From an uncultured archaeon (GTDB taxonomy: Archaea > Asgardarchaeota > Thorarchaeia > Thorarchaeales > Thorarchaeaceae): 32,000 nucleotides of DNA. Under the pieces are notes generated by a model that saw only the letters and a list, made by a program, of their open reading frames with translations, was not told the DNA's origin and ran no database searches. The stretch lies in assembly GCA_964648855.1 (NCBI GenBank), contig CAZYLT010000010.1:30001-62000 (forward strand), in the 5' to 3' direction. Of this stretch, positions 8,943 through 17,858 are shown one piece after another (positions within the stretch are counted from its first letter, which is position 1; every line of letters starts with the position of its first letter). Position numbers and translations under genes: made by a program.

Positions 8943-9986
8943 ATGAAAGCGGTATTGTTTCACCAACACGGTGGACCCGAAGTACTGAAATACAGTGAAA
9001 TGGAAGATCCAAGACTTCAACCCTCTTCTGTCATAATTGATGTACAAGCAGTAGCGCTGAATCATCTGGACCTCTTTGTAAGAAACGGAATTCCGGGAAT
9101 CAAACTAGAAATGCCTCATATTCTAGGAAGTGACATCTCAGGAATTGTCAAAGAAACCGGCGAACAAGTGCCATCCTCTATAGAAGAAGGCCAACGAGTC
9201 ATAGTTGACCCGGGTTTATCGTGTGGAACTTGTCATGCTTGTATCAGAGGAGAGGAATCACTATGCCCCGACTTTCAGATTATCGGAGAACATGTTAGGG
9301 GTGGATATGCTGAGCTGTTTGAGATTCATCATGAGAATATAATCCCTATTCCTGATTCTTCGAATTTGACTTTCGCAGAAGCTGCCGCGGTGCCATTAAC
9401 GTTCATGACTGCATGGCGATTGATGATGACCAAAGCTAGAGTGAAACCGGGTCAAAAGGTGCTCATTATTGGAATTGGAGGTGGTGTAGCGCTTGCAGCC
9501 TTGCAGATTGCCAAACTCGCAGGGGCAACTGTCTTCGTGACCAGTTCATCCGATGCAAAACTGAAGAAGGCTGAAGGAATGGGTGCCGATTATGGAATAA
9601 ACTACATTGATCAACCGGACTTCCATAAGCAGATATATGCCAAGACCAATTCAAGCGGAGTGGATGTAGTTTTTGACTCTGTGGGCGAAGCGACTTGGCA
9701 AAAGAGCCTTCGTAGCCTGAGAAAGGGTGGTCGTCTGGTCACTTGTGGAGCGACCTCGGGTCCAAACGCAGTCACGAATATTAACCTCGTATTTTGGAAT
9801 CAATTGGAGATTCTGGGCAGCACGATGGCTAGCCGTTCTGAATTACGCGATGTACTCGAACTGGTTTGGGCCGGTAACCTAAAACCGGTCCTCGACCAAA
9901 CGCTACCGCTGTCAATGGCTGCTAAAGCTCATGAAATCCTAGAAAACGGCGAACAGTTTGGAAAAATTGTTCTTGAAACACCATAA
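8943..9986 (+). CDS. NAD(P)-dependent MDR oxidoreductase (quinone reductase / ADH-like)
   Basis: HGGPEVL, ALNHLD, PHILGSD.SG, structural Zn CGTCHAC..LC, GIGGGV, GGRLVTCGATSG, QFGKIVL. Confidence 0.93.
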   Translation: MKAVLFHQHGGPEVLKYSEMEDPRLQPSSVIIDVQAVALNHLDLFVRNGIPGIKLEMPHILGSDISGIVKETGEQVPSSIEEGQRVIVDPGLSCGTCHACIRGEESLCPDFQIIGEHVRGGYAELFEIHHENIIPIPDSSNLTFAEAAAVPLTFMTAWRLMMTKARVKPGQKVLIIGIGGGVALAALQIAKLAGATVFVTSSSDAKLKKAEGMGADYGINYIDQPDFHKQIYAKTNSSGVDVVFDSVGEATWQKSLRSLRKGGRLVTCGATSGPNAVTNINLVFWNQLEILGSTMASRSELRDVLELVWAGNLKPVLDQTLPLSMAAKAHEILENGEQFGKIVLETP

Positions 9987-10075
9987 ATGTGACCTAGTAC
10001 CTAGTATTACCCCAGTACCCACAACAATCAGACACCGTTTAATTATACATTGCCCCCTTCACAAATTTGGTCTAC

Positions 10076-10306
10076 ATGAAAGTCGTAACGATATGCATGC
10101 CTGAATCATATGTCGAAGGTGTTGACAAGTTGATTAATGAGGGCATGTATCCCAATCGATCAGAAGTCATTCGAATTGCTATTCGAGACCTCCTCGTAGA
10201 TGAGCTTTGGGGACAGAATACTAGAACAAGCACAGCGCCATTAGTGGCACAGTTGGACAAATTGTCTCCTCTTGAAGCCCCATCTAATATACGTCCTGTG
10301 AAGTAG
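10076..10306 (+). CDS. ribbon-helix-helix (CopG/Arc/MetJ) transcription regulator, CdrS/aCcr1-like
   Basis: MKVVTICMPESYVEGVDKLINEGMYPNRSEVIRIAIRDLL shows the beta-strand plus YPNRSE.IR.AIRDLL signature. TATA-like TTTAATTATA at 10038-10047. Confidence 0.9.
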   Translation: MKVVTICMPESYVEGVDKLINEGMYPNRSEVIRIAIRDLLVDELWGQNTRTSTAPLVAQLDKLSPLEAPSNIRPVK

Positions 10307-10438
10307 ATTCTCAAGTGAGTACAACTGAAGTACATTTTTGTGCAAGCAATTCCAACTCTATAATTGTTGAAGAAGATCCATGATTGACAATACAATTTGG
10401 ACTGCCCCTCAATTGGACATAAATGGAGTAACACCGCG

Positions 10439-11771
<1,333 letters not shown>

Positions 11772-11825
11772 CCTCTTCCACATGATTTTTCAGCTAACGC
11801 CTCTGCATCAACTCGGAGAAAAATC

Positions 11826-12710
11826 ATGAAGGTATCGCTTCAGTGCGCTCATTGTCTGCTCGAACGAGCAATAAAACAAACCAAGTTAGCATCAGATGAT
11901 CCGGAGCTTCAGATGCAGGTGACATCTGAAATGCTCAAGATGTTGGGCGAGAATTTTGGCCCCGATTCAGTTCCCAGTCATATCGGGACTGATAGGGATC
12001 TTCTTGTGCAGAAGATGACTGGCAAAGACCCCTATGCAGAACTGAAGCAACTATCCAACAAGATGGCATTAAGCATCTTGCCCGAGTTACAGCGAATTGT
12101 CGATGACGAAGGAGATTCAAGAAGTAAGTTCAGAAAAGCTGCATTGATTGCTGCAGCAGCCAATTCCATTGAATTCGATGTATCTGGTCGTGATTTCAGC
12201 CTTGATGAGCTAAAAGAAATCGTTCACAATGTAGAAGAGGACCTTGCAGTCGACGAGGTAGGGGAATTCTATGAGTACTGTAAGAATGCAGATACTGCAT
12301 TATATCTGATGGATAATGCAGGAGAGATCGTCTTGGACATGATTCTGATTAAAGAGATGAAACGTCTGGGCACAGAAGTATTTGCAGTGGTTAAGGGAGG
12401 TCCCATTTTGAACGATGCAACAAGAGAGGATGCTGAAGCAGTAGGTCTCTCAGACTATGCTGACGCAGTAATCGATACTGGTGCACCCGCAATTGGTGTG
12501 AATCGTGAACGTAATTCAGAACCATTTTTGAAGAAGCTCGAGAATGCAGAATTAATCATCGCGAAGGGAATGGGCAATTTCGAAAGCATGACCGAGTTTG
12601 AACCAAAGGCTCCCACTGTTCATATAATGAGAACGAAATGTGCTCCAGTTGCAGGGCATGTGGGTTGTGATGAGAACAAGAATGTTGTCATGATTCGGAA
12701 ACCATCTTGA
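11826..12710 (+). CDS. ARMT1-like / DUF89 damage-control phosphatase
   Basis: C..C, DPYAELK, ANSIEF, DNAGEIVLD, PILNDAT, AKGMGNFES, TKC.PVA. Confidence 0.93.
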   Translation: MKVSLQCAHCLLERAIKQTKLASDDPELQMQVTSEMLKMLGENFGPDSVPSHIGTDRDLLVQKMTGKDPYAELKQLSNKMALSILPELQRIVDDEGDSRSKFRKAALIAAAANSIEFDVSGRDFSLDELKEIVHNVEEDLAVDEVGEFYEYCKNADTALYLMDNAGEIVLDMILIKEMKRLGTEVFAVVKGGPILNDATREDAEAVGLSDYADAVIDTGAPAIGVNRERNSEPFLKKLENAELIIAKGMGNFESMTEFEPKAPTVHIMRTKCAPVAGHVGCDENKNVVMIRKPS

Positions 12711-12724
12711 TAGCTAGGACAGGA

Positions 12725-13555
12725 TTAAGCCATGGATTCAGAATAGGGCCTGAGTATATCGGTAAATGGTTCAGATTCTGAGTACACTATTTTCAGGTCG
12801 GGAAATTCCAAACTAAGATGATGTCTGAGGCGTTTCATACCAGGGTTTTCTGTTACAAATGGGAGAATCTCAAAGAGATTTAGTCGGCTTTCATGTGCCA
12901 ATCTTCTGATATTCGGTTTCACCTCGCCCGTGAGAACGGTATCAGCACCCTCGTGCTTTGCCCTATAGATGTCCTGTTTTCCAAAATGGTTTCCGGCTAC
13001 TATAACCAATCGATTTACGTCAGCATCCAGGTCTCCTGTGAACTGCACATTGCTAACATCTAATTCTGATGCAACATAGTTGGCAAATCCTGAATGATTT
13101 GTTTCTTCAGGCGGAGCACATACTGAACCAGCACGAACAACATCCATTTTTGCCCCCTGAGATAAGAAATCACGGATACTTTTCAAACCCAGTTTTTGTA
13201 TTAAAGCATCACTAAGACCGTCCTGTGCCCCAACAAATGAACTACTCATTGCATACACCGAGATATAATTCTTGGAAAGAAGTCTCACTTTCACCAAGTC
13301 AGTCCCGCTAAGAGACGAGATTGGTTCAGCAAAAAGAGGTCTATAGCATATAATGAGATTCGCCTTATCTTGACTAGCCATTGCTGCGATTCTTGATGAA
13401 GGATATGTTGCGATAAGAACTCTGTTTATTGTCGTCTTGGATTGATCAATTCTGGTTTGCGGTCCTACCTGAATACCCCGCAATTCGCCCTCCAGAGCAT
13501 GATCCAAAGGAGCAATCCTCTCCAAGTATTGAATGATATCGGCAAGATTAGTCAA
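12725..13555 (-). CDS. Nif3/YbgI (DUF34)-like protein with degenerate metal site
   Basis: N-terminal LERIAP...GIQVG, ANLII.YRPLF, ISVYA, TGEVK, TENPGM match the Nif3 layout, but the His ligands are absent. Confidence 0.8.
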   Translation of the reverse strand: MTNLADIIQYLERIAPLDHALEGELRGIQVGPQTRIDQSKTTINRVLIATYPSSRIAAMASQDKANLIICYRPLFAEPISSLSGTDLVKVRLLSKNYISVYAMSSSFVGAQDGLSDALIQKLGLKSIRDFLSQGAKMDVVRAGSVCAPPEETNHSGFANYVASELDVSNVQFTGDLDADVNRLVIVAGNHFGKQDIYRAKHEGADTVLTGEVKPNIRRLAHESRLNLFEILPFVTENPGMKRLRHHLSLEFPDLKIVYSESEPFTDILRPYSESMA

Positions 13556-13710
13556 TTAGTTTGCACCATCCCACAATCACCAAATCAAACACTGACCCCT
13601 GGTTTGAATTAGTATATTGTCTACATTTGGGTTGCCAATTGGTTCACTAAAGGCTTGCTGTCTTTGTAAGCTTGGAATCTAAGTCTACACCTCTGAATGG
13701 AAACGAAGCA

Positions 13711-16122
13711 TTAGCTTCGTTTCTTCCAGAATACCACTATGATTGCCACAAGGGTCACAATGCCAATGCCTGCAACTGCAAAAGGTAGTATATCCGGTGT
13801 TACTGCCCCTGCTGTGACTTCCGTGATGTATTCTCCCATCACATAGTTATTACCAAATTTGTCTGTCACAGTTATAGTGTAGCTGACATTAGTCCCTGCC
13901 GGATATGGCCCTACTGTTGCGGCATAGCTGCTTCCTAGATTCTCCATGTCTAGGGTTTGCTCTGCATCTCCATCGCTATACGCCAATTTGACGGTGGAAA
14001 TTCTTGCAGAACCTCCGCGATTCATTAAGAGCTCTAGGGTTAGCTCATAGCCCTCGGTAACCGCTTCTGTGCTTTCCGTGATGTTTTCTATAAGTCCTCC
14101 GAATTCCATAAGAATTGGTCGAATATCTGCCGTATCATTAAGGTCCCTAATATTGAGCATTGTATAGGTATACCCGAAGGCTGATGTCTGTGCGGTCATG
14201 TCTGTGGTTTCTATTGTTCCAGCGCTAGCAGAAATAGGATAGCTTCCTTGGTCGTATTCATATGACTCGGTCACAAAGGGTGTGCAGTTGACCTCAATCT
14301 CGTATCCGTGTCTGTTTTCCAGCTGAATACTAACACTGGTTTCTGCGTTTGGATTCAAGGGGCCAATTGAGCCTGGAAGGGTGATGTCAATACCGAGGAT
14401 AAAATCAGACACAGCATTTTCAGCGAGTTTTATTGCTCTTGATGGATTCCAATCAGCGAACGCATCTTTTGCCTTCTCCAAATAGCTTCTAGCCAAAGAA
14501 ACTGCATCATCGCCGCTCTCCAGTGCAGATATGGTGGCTTCGGCCGCCTGAACTGTGCTGTTTGCTTCGTCCCATAGTGCGAGGAACTTGTCAACCCATA
14601 TGCCTTCTCCTAAAATCAAGTTATTGACCTTATCAAGAACAACAACTCTTCTTCCTAAGATTGCGTCTATAAGTTCATCATTACTTATTTTGCCATCCTC
14701 TCTTGTTGGGTTCTCAACGAATAGCACGTTCATGACCGTCGCAACTTTTCTCGCAGCGTGACCATCATTGGCACCGTAAAACGGCATGAAGTATGCTTTC
14801 TCTCCTAAACCGTGCAAGAAGCCACTATTGTCCACCTCGAAAGCGTCATAGCCATATTCTTCCATATTCTCCCAAACAGGAACATAGGTCTGTGATATTG
14901 TGGGGTGGCAGAAACTTGCGATTCCTCCCTGTGCGTGTATGCTATCTACCGCCACCTGCGTGTCAGTAGTGTATATCTGCTCGGTCAAAGGAAATCCAAG
15001 AGTGTGGGGTAGTGCCGAAAGCTCGGCTCCAACTACCATGCGCACATCCAGTCCGTACTCCCTTTCCATCGCCCTCATGTCAAGACCGCCGTATATCCCG
15101 TTTTTCGCCGCATTCTCATAGGAATGGTCTGTCATGACGCTGTAATCCAAACTATTGTCAAGCATTGCTAATAGCATGTCTAGGGGGCTGTCCTGTCCAT
15201 CGCTTCTTGTCGTATGGTCGTGGATCTGTCCTATGAAAGGTTCATAATCCTCTAATTCAGCAGGACTGAGATTAGGCCCATTTCCTATTTTGATTACCGC
15301 TCGGTCAGGAAGGTCAACAGTACGTTGTTCTCCTTGCATCAACCAATCTATTATGTTCAGAGACAGTTCAAAATGATCCATCCCATCCACGAGCCAACCC
15401 CCTTCAGTATAATACTGCATGAAGGGCGCTGGAGAACCGACAGCAACAACTCTTCCTGTGCCCGTATCATGAATCGCAAGCATGTCTTCGTCCTTGATTG
15501 ACCCCAGGCTTGTCGCTGGGCTAGTTACATCCATTGAACACCCATAGAGCAGGTCATTACTTGACGTGAACGAATCAACATTTGTAGTAATGAAGTGGTC
15601 TTCAATCTCTCCCTCACTTCTTAGAGCTCTTCCTAAGATGTGATTCTCGTTGAATGAAATTCCGTAGTCCTCTGAAATTAGATTCATGTAATCTGCTGTA
15701 TAGTTGCTGACTGTTTCTCGATGGTCTACGCCCACTAATAGGAGCCCACCTCCGTTGTCAACGAAATCCTGTATTGCAGTCACTTCTGCGGATGTGAGTT
15801 CAATCTGGGGGAAGAACAAACATAGGATGTCATATCCGGATAGTATTCCGCTATCAAGAGTTTGGTCAAAGTTATTTGATACATTGTATCCATGTTCCTT
15901 GAGAATCCATCCAAATATCGATGCATTCCCTGGTGTCCACATGTCAGATCCACGGTCTGTATGAAACTCGTCCACAAGCACTTTTCCCGCTACTATTTCA
16001 TCCGCCAAATCCAATGGGGTTGATTGGGGTGTATATCCTTGAATCCCCTCTGTCGGAACAAAGGGCATGATTACCATACTCAACAATAGAATCAATGAAG
16101 CAGATTTAATAATCTTAGACAT
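13711..16122 (-). CDS. membrane-anchored surface protein: GATase/GIFT-like domain + PHP metallo-phosphoesterase + beta-rich domains
   Basis: Signal peptide MSKIIKSASLILLLSMVIMPFV; VLVDEFH, YDILCLFFP, FVDNGGGLLLVG, GRVVAVG, NIIDWL; PHP motifs HDHTTRSDG, TDH, HP, ANDGH; C-terminal TM helix followed by WKKRS. Confidence 0.85.
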   Translation of the reverse strand: MSKIIKSASLILLLSMVIMPFVPTEGIQGYTPQSTPLDLADEIVAGKVLVDEFHTDRGSDMWTPGNASIFGWILKEHGYNVSNNFDQTLDSGILSGYDILCLFFPQIELTSAEVTAIQDFVDNGGGLLLVGVDHRETVSNYTADYMNLISEDYGISFNENHILGRALRSEGEIEDHFITTNVDSFTSSNDLLYGCSMDVTSPATSLGSIKDEDMLAIHDTGTGRVVAVGSPAPFMQYYTEGGWLVDGMDHFELSLNIIDWLMQGEQRTVDLPDRAVIKIGNGPNLSPAELEDYEPFIGQIHDHTTRSDGQDSPLDMLLAMLDNSLDYSVMTDHSYENAAKNGIYGGLDMRAMEREYGLDVRMVVGAELSALPHTLGFPLTEQIYTTDTQVAVDSIHAQGGIASFCHPTISQTYVPVWENMEEYGYDAFEVDNSGFLHGLGEKAYFMPFYGANDGHAARKVATVMNVLFVENPTREDGKISNDELIDAILGRRVVVLDKVNNLILGEGIWVDKFLALWDEANSTVQAAEATISALESGDDAVSLARSYLEKAKDAFADWNPSRAIKLAENAVSDFILGIDITLPGSIGPLNPNAETSVSIQLENRHGYEIEVNCTPFVTESYEYDQGSYPISASAGTIETTDMTAQTSAFGYTYTMLNIRDLNDTADIRPILMEFGGLIENITESTEAVTEGYELTLELLMNRGGSARISTVKLAYSDGDAEQTLDMENLGSSYAATVGPYPAGTNVSYTITVTDKFGNNYVMGEYITEVTAGAVTPDILPFAVAGIGIVTLVAIIVVFWKKRS

Positions 16123-16260
16123 TTTGAAGCCTGCCCATTTTTTACTACAAAAATCTCCTTGATAAGCTATTCCCAATGGTATAAATACACGTTAGAGTAA
16201 ATGATAGGTGAACCATATTTGCTGCTCTCGAAAGAAAGCAGGTCTATTTTTCGCTTCGAA

Positions 16261-16482
16261 TCATTCATCAATTACTTCAAGCTCAGGTTCAGTTTCCTTT
16301 GCTTTGCTCTCAGCGCTGGGTGCCTCGGGAACTTTTCTCTCTGCCTTTACCTTTCTCAAGTTCCAGTACTTGGACTTGAGAGCGCGAGTCCTTCTCATAT
16401 GGCGATAATCAATAACGCTAGGATTTTGTCTGTTTCTTAAAATCGCTCTCTTACGTTCAAAATCTTTCATCTTATTGGCCAT
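16261..16482 (-). CDS. small protein with basic N-half and acidic tail (weak eL39-like pattern)
   Basis: ATG 16482 after AGAGAAGTG; TATA-like TTATAAAA upstream on the - strand; MANKMKDFERKRAILRNRQN...KYWNLRKVK. Confidence 0.7.
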   Translation of the reverse strand: MANKMKDFERKRAILRNRQNPSVIDYRHMRRTRALKSKYWNLRKVKAERKVPEAPSAESKAKETEPELEVIDE

Positions 16483-16614
16483 ATGGTTCACTTCTCTCTA
16501 CGTTTCGTCCAATCGGGTTTCATTTTATAACTGTGTCGCCGAGGACTAAGATAAGGAAAGGCTTTTTCCTATAGAATGTACTTGGTGATTTGTCATAGCA
16601 GTTGTAGTTGAGGT

Positions 16615-17142
16615 GTGCCATTGTCGAAGGAAGCCAGGAACGAAATAGTAAGTGTTAGAGTCCGAATTCCACGCGATGTGTTAGAGAGGATTGACCTCGC
16701 TGCTGGACCGAATGGGCGTCAACGATTCATCTTGGAGTCTCTTCTCTGGCGACTTGACAAAGAGATTCCTCCGGTTGTTCTTGACCTGCTTGATGATGTT
16801 GATGAACTCAAATTGCGCGTGAAACACTTGGAAGAGGCACGTGGAACAAGTATCTACAGACAAGACCTCACTGAAGAAGTCCGAAAAGAGGTCTGCAGAG
16901 ATGACTTAGACCGCCAGATTCTCGCCTACTTTCTCCAACATAAGGGTGCAACAACCCCTGAGTTGGCGGAAGAGCTCTTGGATGATGAGAGTAAGAGACG
17001 TACTATTCATGACAGGATATCCAAGCTAAATGAAAATGCAGAAGAGATTCTCGGGACTGAAATCCTAGAATTCGAGCGGGGAGAAAGAGCAGGTAAACGT
17101 GGTGCTTGGTGGATCAGCAACATCAGCGCCTTGGTGGACTAA
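16615..17142 (+). CDS. putative DNA-binding protein: RHH + coiled coil + winged helix
   Basis: VSVRVRIPRDVLERID (RHH), LLDDVDELKLRVKHLE (coil), DDLDRQILAYFLQHKGATTPELAEEL..RRTIHDRISKL..GAWWI (wHTH). Confidence 0.8.
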   Translation: MPLSKEARNEIVSVRVRIPRDVLERIDLAAGPNGRQRFILESLLWRLDKEIPPVVLDLLDDVDELKLRVKHLEEARGTSIYRQDLTEEVRKEVCRDDLDRQILAYFLQHKGATTPELAEELLDDESKRRTIHDRISKLNENAEEILGTEILEFERGERAGKRGAWWISNISALVD

Positions 17143-17178
17143 CCAAATTCTTTAAAGACAAATCAACTTGCAAGAGGT

Positions 17179-17286
17179 GGGGTCGTAGTCTAGCCTGGAT
17201 AACTCGAGAAGGCTTCCTTCTCCAGTTCGTTAGGCACAAGCCTCCGGAGCTTGGCATCCCCGGTTCAAATCCGGGCGATCCCGCCA
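17179..17286 (+). tRNA. tRNA-Arg(CCG) with 30-nt BHB intron in the D-loop (17202-17231, position 21/22); encoded CCA
   Basis: Acceptor GGGGTCG/CGATCCC+G+CCA; D-stem GTCT/AGGC; anticodon arm CAAGC-CTCCGGA-GCTTG; T arm CCCGG-TTCAAAT-CCGGG; TTTAAA at 17151-17156. Confidence 0.95.
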
Positions 17287-17353
17287 CTTTCCAATTTTCT
17301 GTGCCATTTATAAGATGCCGTACGACATAGAAATTCGATTGAGACTGCCTATT

Positions 17354-17566
17354 ATGAGGACAAGCAAACCAAGATCGGCTCGATTGGAAGGGGTTTTGAT
17401 CCGCTTCACCAAGTATCTTAATGGTCCCTTGGGTGGGATTGTGATGGATAACTTGGAAGAGGGGGAAAGCTTCGTCTTGCAGACCGTTGATCATCTATTG
17501 AGGATAAGCAAGAGGAACTGCAAAGCCGTTGTTGAGCCAATTGAAAGTCCCTTGGTTCCACAATAG
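17354..17566 (+). CDS. small hypothetical protein (70 aa) between the two tRNA-Arg genes
   Basis: TATA-like TTTATAAG at 17306-17313, ATG 17354, protein-like composition, T-rich tract after the stop. Confidence 0.55.
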   Translation: MRTSKPRSARLEGVLIRFTKYLNGPLGGIVMDNLEEGESFVLQTVDHLLRISKRNCKAVVEPIESPLVPQ

Positions 17567-17650
17567 ACTGCCATCAATGTGCCGGGTTTTTCACTGTTTT
17601 TCTAGGACCGAAGCGAAGAGTCTATAAGTTTCTTCAAATCTGCTTCTTTG

Positions 17651-17760
17651 GGGCGCGTAGTCTAGTATGGACTCCTCGTAGTTTCTACTGCGGGAGGTGC
17701 GTATAAGGCACTGGCTTGCGGAGCCAGGTATCCCAGGTTCAAATCCTGGCGCGCCCGCCA
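17651..17760 (+). tRNA. tRNA-Arg(GCG) with 32-nt BHB intron in the D-loop (17671-17702, position 19/20); encoded CCA
   Basis: Acceptor GGGCGCG/CGCGCCC+G+CCA; D-stem GTCT/AGGC; anticodon arm CTGGC-TTGCGGA-GCCAG; T arm CCAGG-TTCAAAT-CCTGG; TATAAG at 17623-17628. Confidence 0.95.
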
Positions 17761-17858
17761 TTAGTCATTCCAGTGTTTTTTCAAATTCCTTCCCTCGGCG
17801 AGAAGCTTAAATGTGTGAAAATATCGGCCCCTGTTGAGTTAGCAACTTCTTTGATTCA

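Noticed and set aside
8943-9986. Missing catalytic Zn Cys (LNHLD) in the MDR enzyme as a pseudoenzyme sign
   Set aside because: Normal for the quinone-reductase-like MDR subfamilies.
17123-17494. 123-aa minus-strand ORF and 74-aa plus-strand ORF (17106-17330)
   Set aside because: Both run through the tRNA-Arg(CCG) gene (GSPGFEPG is the antisense T-arm); shadow ORFs.
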